From contig JBGAIQ010000064.1 in NCBI GenBank assembly GCA_044225365.1, forward strand, positions 1 through 29,295: a DNA stretch of 29,295 bases. The letters are read 5' to 3'. This stretch comes from Planctomycetota bacterium (lineage in GTDB: Bacteria > Planctomycetota > B15-G4 > JADJEK01). Of the stretch, positions 9,358 to 18,242 are shown piece by piece. Both the position numbers and the translations under genes were made by a program. Under the pieces are notes generated by a model. The model saw only the letters and a list, made by a program, of their open reading frames with translations. It was not told the DNA's origin and searched no databases. How positions within the stretch are numbered: the first letter of the stretch is position 1; each line of letters begins with the position of its first letter.

Positions 9358-9407
9358 GCCAGGCTGGAGCCTGGCGCTCCGGCTTGGCGCTCCACCTGGC
9401 GCTCCGG
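9358..9407. repeat. REP-like palindrome plus degenerate tandem tails
   Basis: GCCAGGCT-GG-AGCCTGGC hairpin (9358-9375). TGGCGCTCC occurs three times (9372, 9385, 9397). Resembles the units at 19485-19617. Confidence 0.7.
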
Positions 9408-9408
9408 A

Positions 9409-10833
9409 CTAGATGTCCATCTTGCCGACGCCGACCATCTCGCGCGCGTTCGGCTTCTTCTTGCTGAGGCCGAAGGCGCGCTTCAGGCGATCCTTGCCTT
9501 CCGAAGAGTTCTCGAAGTAGTACTTGAAGCGGGCGAGCCAGCGCAGGGCGCGCTGCGTCGGCTGGTTGTACCAGCGCTCGTAGTCGGAGACCATCTTGCG
9601 GCGGATGCGGTTGAGCTCGTCGTTGCCGAAGTTCTCGTGCATGTAGGGCGAGCGTTCGGAGTCGACGTATTCGGTGAAGACGAGCTGCTGGTCGATGCGG
9701 TCCTTGTACATCTCGAAGGACTCGGTCGCGGTGAGCGGATTGAACAGCGACGCACGGATCAGGTCCGGCATCGCGAGCCGCATCACGCGCTCGGTCTCGC
9801 GGATGTCTTCGATCGTCTCGTTCGGCGTGCCGACGATGAGGAAGACCTTCGACCAGATCCCGGCGCGACGCGTGATGCGCAGCGCTTCGACGATCTTGTA
9901 CGCCTTGCAGTCCTTCTTCAACGTATCGAGCGAACGCTGCGAGCCCGTCTCGACGCCGAAGTAGAGGCGACGGCAACCGGCCTGACGCATCTTGACGGCC
10001 ATCTCGTAGTCGAGCATGTCGACGCGCGTCTCGCACGCCCAGTTGAGCTTCAGCTTGCGCGAGATGATCTCGTCGCAGATCGCGTAGACGCGCTTCTTCT
10101 GGCAGGTGAACAGCTCGTCGATGAACAGGATGTTGCCCGGCTGATAGTTCTTCACGATCAGTTCGAGCTCGTCGACGATGTTCTTGATCGAACGGGTGCG
10201 GAAGCCGCGGCCCGTGAGTTCCTTCTGGCAGTAGATGCAGCGGAACGGGCAGCCACGACTCGTGAAGATGTAGAACAGCCGTTCCCGGTTCAGCGCGGTG
10301 TAGCGATCGAACGGCAACATGTCCCACGCGGGGAACGGGATGTTGTCGAGCTCGCTGCCCTTGATGAGCGGACGATCGGGAGTCTCCTGCTTCTCGCCCT
10401 TCTCGTTGAACCAGTTGAGACCGAGGATCTCCTTGAGAGCGTCCTTGTCGTCGAAGTGCTTGATGACCGGGACGATCGCGTCCTCGGCCTCGCCGCGGAC
10501 GACGATGTCGAAGAAACCGCTGTCGAGGAAGGTCTGCGGATCGACGGTCGCGTGCGGACCGCCCATCATCACGCGCTTGCCCGCCTTCTTGGCGTACTCG
10601 CCCCAGCGCACCGCGCGACCGACGTGCGGCGTCAGCGCCGAGAGGCCGATGATGTCGTTGCGCGCGATCGCGGCATGGACCTCTTCCTCGGTCGAGACAC
10701 GCTCGTCGAGGACTTCGATCGGCAGGCCCGCAGCGCGAACGATCGCGCCGAGGTAGATGATGCCGAGCGGCATCGCGATGTAGTCGTCGTCCTGCCCGGG
10801 CGGCGTCACGTACATCAACAATGTCTTCTTCAT
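9409..10833 (-). CDS. Cobalamin-binding domain radical SAM protein (class B methyltransferase/BchE-like superfamily)
   Basis: PLGIIYLGA, MGGPHAT, VVRGEAE, LDNIPFPAWD, TSRGCPFRCIYC, FIDELFT, FGVETGS. GGAGA RBS. Confidence 0.93.
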   Translation of the reverse strand: MKKTLLMYVTPPGQDDDYIAMPLGIIYLGAIVRAAGLPIEVLDERVSTEEEVHAAIARNDIIGLSALTPHVGRAVRWGEYAKKAGKRVMMGGPHATVDPQTFLDSGFFDIVVRGEAEDAIVPVIKHFDDKDALKEILGLNWFNEKGEKQETPDRPLIKGSELDNIPFPAWDMLPFDRYTALNRERLFYIFTSRGCPFRCIYCQKELTGRGFRTRSIKNIVDELELIVKNYQPGNILFIDELFTCQKKRVYAICDEIISRKLKLNWACETRVDMLDYEMAVKMRQAGCRRLYFGVETGSQRSLDTLKKDCKAYKIVEALRITRRAGIWSKVFLIVGTPNETIEDIRETERVMRLAMPDLIRASLFNPLTATESFEMYKDRIDQQLVFTEYVDSERSPYMHENFGNDELNRIRRKMVSDYERWYNQPTQRALRWLARFKYYFENSSEGKDRLKRAFGLSKKKPNAREMVGVGKMDI

Positions 10834-11102
10834 CGGTGAATCTCTCCGGCTGAGTTGCAGACGAGGATCCGAACCCGGCTTGGAACCGGCTGTGGGAACC
10901 CCGATCGGTGATGTTCGTCGAACCCTGACCTAGGCGCGTAAAGAGGTAGCGCCATTTTCGACCAGTGGAACTCGAAAACTTGTCTCGGAGTCGAGGAGCG
11001 ACGGACGCGAAGATCCTAACACACGGACCGCCACGGGTCGAATCGACTCGCCGACGAACCCGCGCGGCGCCGACGATCTCGCCTGCCCGAATCGGGGGTG
11101 GT

Positions 11103-13631
11103 TTACTGACCGAGGGTTATGGCGACGCCGTTGCTGAGGGCGTAGCTCGCCACGGACCCAGACCCCGCCTCCAGGATCCCGACTTGCTCGTAGACGAGCG
11201 TCCCACATTGAGCGACCTGTTCAGGCCAAGGTCCTTCGAAGACGATGCGCCCCGATCCATCGAGCGCCCCGAGTGGGATGACCGCGAGCGGGTCGACGAG
11301 CAGAGTGCCGCCGAGGAACGGAAACGCGATCTGCGACTTCCCGAAGAAGAGGACGGCAGGCGCGAAGGGCTTGCCCCCGACGACCTCGAGCGAGAAGGCA
11401 GGACCTTGGAGGTGCGCGACGAGAAGGGGAGAATTCGCTCCGCCACCGCTCGCTTGCCCGTAGGACACGGCTGCCGGCGGCCCCCCACAGATCGGCACCA
11501 TGTACCGCACGATGAAGGCGTCGGCGCCGCCGTTCGCGGTCGAATCGATCGCCCCGGTCGTCGTCGGGAAGTCCGTAGAGCGCGTCTCGCCGAACACGTG
11601 CGCTCGCCCGGCGCCCTCGATCGCGATCGAACTCGCGAAGTCGTCGGAAGCGCCGCCGAGGAACGTCGACGTCAGCAGCGTGCGCCCGAGCGGATCGAGG
11701 ACACTGAGGATGCCGTCGTAGCCGCCGCCGTTCACGAGTCCCGCGGCGTTCGGAGTCACCGGAAAATCGGTCGAACGCGATTGCCCGACGCCGTAGATGC
11801 GATCGTCCGCGTCGCTCGAGATATCGGCGAGCGCCTCGTCGTCGTGACCGCCGAGGAACGTGGCGAAGACGAGGTGATCGAGCTGCGGAGAGAGCCGCGC
11901 GACGACGCCGTCGTAGCCACCATTGGGAGTCGAGTCGTACGCACCCGGCGTCGAGGGGAACGAACCGTTGCCGTAGCTCGAGCCACCCACCACGATCGAT
12001 CCGTCCGTGAGGCGCGTGAGCCCGAAACAGAAGTCGTGGCTTCCGCCTCCGAGGTAGGTCGAATGGACGAGGTGTCGCGCGTCGCCGTCGATCTGCGCGA
12101 CGAAGAAATCGAACGACGCACCGGCGATCGGTCCATTGAAGGTCGAGTCGAACGCGTGGACCGTGATCGGTAGATCGACGGACGAGGTGTAGCCGGCGAC
12201 GTACGCCGTTCCGTTCGCGTCGACGGCGAGCCCGTAGACGTAGTCGCCGCCCGTACCCCCGAGCAGCGTCGAGGCGAGCAACTCGCGGCCATCGCTCGAG
12301 AGTCTCGCGACGAAGGCGTCGTGGATACCGCCGGCATAGCGCGATTGATACGCGCCGTGGGTCACCGGAAAATCGGGCGACGCGGTGTAGCCCCCGATCC
12401 AGAACGAACCGTCGGCGTTGCGTCGCAACCGATACGCGTACTCCTCGAGCTTCCCACCGAGGAACGTCGACCATCGAAGGGCGGATCCGTCGCTGCGCAA
12501 TTCGAATGCGACGACGTCGTAGTACCCGCTGTACGTCGTGTCGTAGGCGCCCGAGGTGACGGGGAAATCGAACGAGACCGTGCGCCCTGCGATCATCACG
12601 CCGCCGTCTGCAGCGAGATCGATTCCGAATGCATCGTCGTCGAAGTGCCCGCCGACGAAGGTCGCGAACGCGAGTTTCGTGCTCTCGCCGTTGAAGACGA
12701 GCTTCGCGACGAAGATGTCGTCGCTGCCGTTCTGCGTGATGTCGAACGCACCGAGGGTCACGGGGAAGTCGAAGGAATGCGTGCGGCCCACCACGAAGGT
12801 ACCGCCATGATCGTCGAAGGCCGCTCCGCCGTAGGCCGGCTCGTCCGCGGCGCCGCCCAGCAACGTCGCGAACGCGAGCACCGGATCGACGACGATCGGA
12901 CTCCTCGCATGGGAAGATTCGTCGACGACGACGCAGAAGACGTCGTTCGACAGGACGACGTGCCGCGACCCGATGGACCGCACGGACCCGTCCTCCTCGA
13001 GCGCGGATGCCTGCGGCGGCGAATCGAAGATCGTGCCGATGCCGGTCGCGATCGCGAGACCCCCGTCCTCCATCTCGTCGAGCCGCTCGTGACCCCGGAC
13101 GCGCACGGGCAAGGCGACCGGGCCGGTGCGTCGCGATTCGCACCGCGGCGCGATCTTCAGGTCCCATTCGATCCCCGTCGCCACGACTCGCAGGACCACG
13201 TCGATCCCGGGCTCGACGTCGCGTAGGACGACACGCGAGAACACCTCGCAATCCGCCGCGAAACGCGCGGGATCGGCCCCGCGCAGGAAGTGAACGCGAG
13301 TCTCGTCTTCGACGGGATCCCCCGGGTCGATCGCGGAGGCCGGGCCGCCGAAGTCGAATTCGAGCGCCACGGCCGTCGTGCCCTGCCCGCGAGTTACCGT
13401 CCGCAGTCCCTGGCTCGTGACGAATGCCGCTCCGTCGCGGAACGTCGCACCGAAGCGGACGCTTTGCTCCCATTGCCCACGGTTCGCGATGAAACCCCCG
13501 CTCGACGATCCCGCGGACCGCATCCTGGGCCGAGCCGGAACGGCTCCACGCGCCTCACGGAGTTCGTGCGACACGAAGCATGCGACCGCGATGAAAACCG
13601 CGATGAACCACCGACGGCGATTCGTGCTCAT
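11103..13631 (-). CDS. Secreted SBBP-repeat (beta-propeller) protein with N-terminal 'FxxNxGQ' domain and C-terminal extra domain
   Basis: Start moved to ATG 13631 (MSTNRRRWFIAVFIAVACF, GGGAG RBS). FIANRGQW...VVDPVLAFATLLGG. About seven repeats of the pattern GxTxSxDFPVTxGA(F/Y)Dxxx(N/S)GxxD(A/V/I)FVxxL...xTxLGG. Confidence 0.87.
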   Translation of the reverse strand: MSTNRRRWFIAVFIAVACFVSHELREARGAVPARPRMRSAGSSSGGFIANRGQWEQSVRFGATFRDGAAFVTSQGLRTVTRGQGTTAVALEFDFGGPASAIDPGDPVEDETRVHFLRGADPARFAADCEVFSRVVLRDVEPGIDVVLRVVATGIEWDLKIAPRCESRRTGPVALPVRVRGHERLDEMEDGGLAIATGIGTIFDSPPQASALEEDGSVRSIGSRHVVLSNDVFCVVVDESSHARSPIVVDPVLAFATLLGGAADEPAYGGAAFDDHGGTFVVGRTHSFDFPVTLGAFDITQNGSDDIFVAKLVFNGESTKLAFATFVGGHFDDDAFGIDLAADGGVMIAGRTVSFDFPVTSGAYDTTYSGYYDVVAFELRSDGSALRWSTFLGGKLEEYAYRLRRNADGSFWIGGYTASPDFPVTHGAYQSRYAGGIHDAFVARLSSDGRELLASTLLGGTGGDYVYGLAVDANGTAYVAGYTSSVDLPITVHAFDSTFNGPIAGASFDFFVAQIDGDARHLVHSTYLGGGSHDFCFGLTRLTDGSIVVGGSSYGNGSFPSTPGAYDSTPNGGYDGVVARLSPQLDHLVFATFLGGHDDEALADISSDADDRIYGVGQSRSTDFPVTPNAAGLVNGGGYDGILSVLDPLGRTLLTSTFLGGASDDFASSIAIEGAGRAHVFGETRSTDFPTTTGAIDSTANGGADAFIVRYMVPICGGPPAAVSYGQASGGGANSPLLVAHLQGPAFSLEVVGGKPFAPAVLFFGKSQIAFPFLGGTLLVDPLAVIPLGALDGSGRIVFEGPWPEQVAQCGTLVYEQVGILEAGSGSVASYALSNGVAITLGQ

Positions 13632-13723
13632 GCGCGACCACTCCCGAAAGGTCTCTCGTCGTCCGTCCGACACGAACGCAGCACGCACGCGATCGTAACG
13701 GAAATTCGGGCGGCGAAGGCCGC

Positions 13724-15160
13724 TCAGACGGAAAGGGTGTCGCCCGCGTCGGACTCGTCCTCCGAGTCCCGCCCAAGTCGCTCCGGCGGCCGCCGGAAAT
13801 AGCGGTACATCACGATGAGGTGCATGGCACCGAGGAGTTGGGCCACCGAGAACACGATGGCGCCGCCGAGGGCGCCGTAGAAATGGACCATCAGCGCGGC
13901 GAAGCCGGTGAGGAAGACGAGCAGGGAGATGTTGATCCGCGCCGAGAGAGCGATCTGGTGGGTGTAGATGTAGAACGCATCCGACACGACCGAGAAGCCG
14001 ACCACGAGATGTCCGAGCGCGAGCACGTAGATGAAGGGAACCGCGTTCGCGTAGCGCGGACCGTAGAGCACGTGGACCGCGAGCGGCGCCAACAGACACG
14101 CCACGACCGTCAGCGCGATGAACAAGAACCCGCTGACGAGGCAGACGCGGAACAAGTCGTGGCGGAACTTGCCCGGATCGTTGCCGCTCTTGCCGATGCG
14201 AAACCCGAGCGCCGGGAGCACCGACCGCTGGAGCCCGCCGAGGAGCTGCTGGACGGCCCAGATGTAGAAGAATGCGACTCGGAAGTGCGCGGTGCCGGCG
14301 TTTCCGGCTTCGTTTCCGATGAGCAGGAACGCGAACGTGCGAAACATGCCCGCGCCATTCTTGCCGATCGCAATGAGCGCGCTGTTCGTGAACAGGCCCT
14401 TCGTCTCGGCGGACGGAATCGCGGCGACGACTCGGGCGAGCGGTGGCGGCATCGCCTCCGGGCGGGCCTCGCGGCGGGCGAGGGCGTAGAGACGCATCCC
14501 GAACGCCCAGTAGACGACACCGGAAAGCAGATACGCGACGACCACGGCCTCGAGCGTCGGCGCGTATGCCATCGCGAACAGGATCATCACCAGCCGGACG
14601 ACCCCGCACGAGTTGTCGTAGAGCACGTACTCCGAAGGCCGTCGCGCACCCTGCTGGACGACGAGCATGAACCCGTTCATCATCTCGGCCGGCCCGAGCA
14701 AGCAGAGGAGCCAGGCGAACCCGCCGAGAGCGCGATCGTCGTAGAACGTCGCACCGATCGAGGGCAGGAGCGCGCCGATCGCGACGATCGCGAGACACAT
14801 GAGCAGGAACACACGGAGGTACGCGGCGAGCGTCGCGATCTTCTCCGTCTCGTCGTTCTTCCCGCAGGCCTTCGCGTAGCGCGAGACCGAATTCGTAGTG
14901 ATGCCGAGATTGCCGATGAAGAAGATGAACGTGTAGAGCTGGAACGCGATCGTGTAGCGCCCGAACTCGTGGGGTCCGAGGGCGCGGGCGAGCACGACCG
15001 ATGTCAGGAGATAGGTCACGAGCGTGACGATCATGCCGCCTTGCATGATCGCGGTCTCGCGGACGAACCGCACCTTGTGCAGTCCCCGCGCCTGATCGAG
15101 CATGCGACCTGCCGTCGAACGCGGTTCGACCGCGCCGGCGGGTTCGGGACCCTTGGTCAC
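13724..15160 (-). CDS. Oligosaccharide flippase (Wzx/MOP superfamily)
   Basis: Start placed at GTG 15160, overlapping the upstream GT stop (GTGA) with a GGAGG RBS; ATG 15103 is an alternative. LARALGPHEFGRY motif, many hydrophobic helices, LYGPRYANAVP and YGALGGAI. Confidence 0.85.
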   Translation of the reverse strand: MTKGPEPAGAVEPRSTAGRMLDQARGLHKVRFVRETAIMQGGMIVTLVTYLLTSVVLARALGPHEFGRYTIAFQLYTFIFFIGNLGITTNSVSRYAKACGKNDETEKIATLAAYLRVFLLMCLAIVAIGALLPSIGATFYDDRALGGFAWLLCLLGPAEMMNGFMLVVQQGARRPSEYVLYDNSCGVVRLVMILFAMAYAPTLEAVVVAYLLSGVVYWAFGMRLYALARREARPEAMPPPLARVVAAIPSAETKGLFTNSALIAIGKNGAGMFRTFAFLLIGNEAGNAGTAHFRVAFFYIWAVQQLLGGLQRSVLPALGFRIGKSGNDPGKFRHDLFRVCLVSGFLFIALTVVACLLAPLAVHVLYGPRYANAVPFIYVLALGHLVVGFSVVSDAFYIYTHQIALSARINISLLVFLTGFAALMVHFYGALGGAIVFSVAQLLGAMHLIVMYRYFRRPPERLGRDSEDESDAGDTLSV

Positions 15161-16329
15161 GACGACCCTCCGCGTTCCCCGCTCTGCAGGGACTCGCGAT
15201 AGAGGCCTTCGATCTGCGATGAAGTGCGATCCCACGTCAGCTCGTTCGCGAAGGCGACGCCATTCGTTCCGAGTTCTCGCCGCAACGTCTCGTCGGTCAG
15301 CAGGCGCGACAGACGCTCGGCGACGCCGTCGACATCGTCCTTCTCGGCGAGCATGCCGGTGACGCCGTCGCGGATGGCGTCCTCGGCGCCAGAGTCCTTG
15401 ATGCCCACCGTCGGAACTCCGCACGCATTGGCCTCGAGGAAGACGAGACCGAAGGCTTCGAACCCGCCCTCACGACTCGTCACGGGCGTGAGCATGAACA
15501 CGTCGGCGTGCGCGAGCAACGCGAGCTTCTCCGCTTCCGAGACGTTGCCCACGAACTTCACACGCGACTCGAGACCTGCCGCCTCGACCTGCGCCAGACG
15601 CTCGTCGGCGTAGGGGTAGTCCTTGGGGATGTTGCCGATCACCACGTAATCGACATCGGGATGTCGGCTCGCAATCTTGAGGAACGCCGGCAGGGAGATG
15701 TGATGGCCCTTTCGCTCCTTCAACTCACCGATCGTGACGACGTAGCGCCTCTCGAACCCCTTCGGCCGTGGGATCGATCGCGCCGCAGCGTACGGCGCCG
15801 GGTCGACCCCGTAGTGACAGACCGATGCATGCGGCAAGTCGATCTTGTCCCGCAGCCGTCGCAGCGCGAAATTCGATCCCATGATCACCGCGTTCGCCCG
15901 CGAGTACGACCACGTGATGAGCGGGCGATGGAAGGGATACTGGAACGGCGCGACGGAGTACGTGCCGTGGCCGGAAACGATGACGGGCTTGTTCAACAGC
16001 TTCCCCGCCATCACACCGAGCATGGCATGCGGATAGTCCGACAGACAGTGAATGAGGTCGACGCCTTTCGCCGCGGCGTGGACGCGCGGGAAGCTCGCCG
16101 AGAAGTACGCGAGGAACTTCGGGATCGAGAGATACAGCGAGTAGTCGGGCGGAAGCGCGACGTCGACCTTCACGTCCTTGGGGACGCGCGTCGAGATGCC
16201 TCGGTGTTTCTTCGCGATGAGGACGCGGACTCCGCTCGTTCGCGGTGCGATTCGGCGCAGGACTTCGGCACTGTAGACGCCGACGCCGTCGATGTCGGAC
16301 AACGAGTGAGTGAGGCAGAGGAGTCGCAC
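15157..16329 (-). CDS. Glycosyltransferase family 4 (GT-B)
   Basis: PVIVSGHG, IGELKERKGH, EAFGLVFLEANACGVPTVG (EX7E), DGVTGML. Confidence 0.93.
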   Translation of the reverse strand: MRLLCLTHSLSDIDGVGVYSAEVLRRIAPRTSGVRVLIAKKHRGISTRVPKDVKVDVALPPDYSLYLSIPKFLAYFSASFPRVHAAAKGVDLIHCLSDYPHAMLGVMAGKLLNKPVIVSGHGTYSVAPFQYPFHRPLITWSYSRANAVIMGSNFALRRLRDKIDLPHASVCHYGVDPAPYAAARSIPRPKGFERRYVVTIGELKERKGHHISLPAFLKIASRHPDVDYVVIGNIPKDYPYADERLAQVEAAGLESRVKFVGNVSEAEKLALLAHADVFMLTPVTSREGGFEAFGLVFLEANACGVPTVGIKDSGAEDAIRDGVTGMLAEKDDVDGVAERLSRLLTDETLRRELGTNGVAFANELTWDRTSSQIEGLYRESLQSGERGGSS

Positions 16330-16483
16330 GAGCTTCCACGGGTCTTGTGAAAACGGATCAGCGTAACGGATGGCATGGCGATTGGCGATTGGCGGCTAGC
16401 GATTCGATGGCTCCACCTCGCCGTCACGACGAGATAGGATCCACTGATCACGAACATCGTCGATTCCTCGAGCGAGGCGGAAC

Positions 16484-16858
16484 TTGCAAGGCAAACGATT
16501 CGTCATCGCACTGTTCGCGTTGCTCACGATCGCCACGGTCTACCTCCTGTCGCTCGTGCCGCGCCGCGGGGCGAGCGAGGCGGCGGAAGTCGCTCCGGTA
16601 CGCGGCGTGCTCGCGGTGCGGCTCTCGGACGGCTCTCCGGCGCAGGGTGCGATCCTCGTCGTTCTCGCGACGGACTCGCAGGCGAGCGCCGCGACGATCG
16701 AGTGCGACGGTGACGGATGCGCGGCCATCGCCATGATCCCGGGCGAATACCGCGCGTATCGCAAGGACGCGGGAGGAGCGCCGCCGCCCCCGGCGTCGAC
16801 GTTCGTTTCGCTCACCTGGCCGCCGCCGAGCGGGACGCTCGAGCTGCGACTGCGCTGA
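16484..16858 (+). CDS. Small membrane-anchored/exported protein with a single carboxypeptidase-regulatory-like domain
   Basis: TTG start with GAGG upstream. N-terminal hydrophobic helix. VRLSDGSPAQGAILVV...CDGDGCA...PGEY resembles the beta-sandwich repeats in the ECF protein. Confidence 0.55.
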   Translation: MQGKRFVIALFALLTIATVYLLSLVPRRGASEAAEVAPVRGVLAVRLSDGSPAQGAILVVLATDSQASAATIECDGDGCAAIAMIPGEYRAYRKDAGGAPPPPASTFVSLTWPPPSGTLELRLR

Positions 16859-16917
16859 ATCCCGCCAAGGCGGTTCAGAACGCCCTGTCCGATTCCGATG
16901 AGAAACCCGAGGTCTTC

Positions 16918-18189
16918 ATGCTGCTGCGTTCCAAGCCGGTGCTCCTCGCGATCTGTCTCTCCATCCCTTCTGCGGCCTTCGCGGCGACCCTCCGGGTCCC
17001 CGATGCTCCCCACGGGATCCTGACGATCCAGGATGCGCTCGACGCCGCCGCTGCGAACGACACGATCCTGATCGACCCCGGGATCTACCGCGGCAGCTTC
17101 CGCGTCACGAACAAGTCCGGCCTCCGCATCCGCGGCGCCGTTCCCGGCAAGGTGGTGATCGACGCGCGCGATTCCGCGCTCGCGGCGGTCGGACCCGGGC
17201 TCGTCCTCGATCACTGCGACGACGCGCAGGTCGAATCCCTCGTGGTGCAGCATGCGCTCCTCACGCTCGCCGACAAGGGGGTCGGAATCCAGGTGAAGCA
17301 GTCGCTCGCGGTGACGTTTTCCAACATCGTCGTCGCGGACTGCGAGGAGGAAGGCCTCGAGGTCGACGGCGCCGGAGCCAAGCTCGTGAATTGCGAGTTC
17401 AGCGGCAACGCCGGCGGTGTGAAGATCTCGGGCGACAACGCGTCCCTATCGAAGGTCCGCGTGCACAACGATTCGATCCGCGGGATCGCCGTCTTCGGCA
17501 ACCAATCGGGTGCAAAGGACTGCGAGGTGGGAGCAATCCTCTCGGGCGGCGGCCTCAGCATCACGGGCGAGACGCCGACGGTCGTGCGCTGCACCGTGAC
17601 GGGCGTCTTCGATCCCAATTCGAACGGAATCACGACCACGGGCTCGGGGCCCCTGATCTCCGACAATACGATCCGCGGCTGCACGATCGGGCTGTACGTC
17701 GTGTACGGCGCGTTCGGGCAGGTGAAGAAGAATACGATCGAGGACTGTACGGGCAGCGGATTCCGCACCGGGGACGTCAGCCATCAGCTCACGATCAAGG
17801 ACAACGTCGTGCGTCGCTGCGGCAACGCGACCGCCGCCGGGTACCACATCGACGGCATCACCCAGGTCCTGAAGAACAACCGCGCCGAGGATTGCGGTGG
17901 CAATGGGTTCCTCCTGCTGTCGACCGATTTCGAATTGACCGAAGACACTGCGCTGCGCTGCGCTCGCGACGGCTTCAACCTCGAGACGACGGCCGATCGC
18001 GCTGCGTTGAAGAACTGCGTCGCGAAGGACAATCGCGGCGAGGGCATCGAGAACAGCGCGCCGAACATCTCGCTGATCGGGAACTCCTCGAAGCGCAACC
18101 GCATCGATTTCGCGAACGACGGCACGGTTCAATCTGCGAACGGGAACGACTTCGACGTGGTCAACGCCCCCGCTCCCGAGATCGACTGA
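16918..18189 (+). CDS. Secreted right-handed parallel beta-helix repeat protein
   Basis: Start moved to ATG 16918 (GAGG RBS). Signal peptide ending [26 protein letters not shown] followed by (I/V)xxNx(I/V)xxC/G coils. Confidence 0.85.
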   Translation: MLLRSKPVLLAICLSIPSAAFAATLRVPDAPHGILTIQDALDAAAANDTILIDPGIYRGSFRVTNKSGLRIRGAVPGKVVIDARDSALAAVGPGLVLDHCDDAQVESLVVQHALLTLADKGVGIQVKQSLAVTFSNIVVADCEEEGLEVDGAGAKLVNCEFSGNAGGVKISGDNASLSKVRVHNDSIRGIAVFGNQSGAKDCEVGAILSGGGLSITGETPTVVRCTVTGVFDPNSNGITTTGSGPLISDNTIRGCTIGLYVVYGAFGQVKKNTIEDCTGSGFRTGDVSHQLTIKDNVVRRCGNATAAGYHIDGITQVLKNNRAEDCGGNGFLLLSTDFELTEDTALRCARDGFNLETTADRAALKNCVAKDNRGEGIENSAPNISLIGNSSKRNRIDFANDGTVQSANGNDFDVVNAPAPEID

Positions 18190-18242
18190 GATGTGTTAGA
18201 ACCTCGCTTCGAAGCTTCGTCCATCGAACCCGGAGACCGTCG

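Noticed and set aside
7678-10839. 1053-aa plus-strand ORF
   Set aside because: Antisense shadow of two well-supported minus-strand genes. It has no motifs, and long stop-free antisense frames are expected at this GC content.
11024-11033. CGGACCGCCA matching the start of the REPIN unit
   Set aside because: Only 10 GC-rich bases with no palindromic continuation, so plausibly chance.
10834-11102. Cobalamin riboswitch upstream of a B12 radical SAM gene
   Set aside because: Could not find the conserved GGGAA / GCCACTG / B12-box elements by eye. An Rfam scan would be definitive.
13632-14798. N-terminal extension making the SBBP protein 1231 aa
   Set aside because: It overlaps the flippase in another frame. 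The real start with RBS and signal peptide is at 13631, so no fusion or frameshift is needed.
17391-18242. N-terminal extension of the epimerase ORF (697 aa)
   Set aside because: It overlaps the beta-helix gene off-frame. The RBS-supported start is at 18243.
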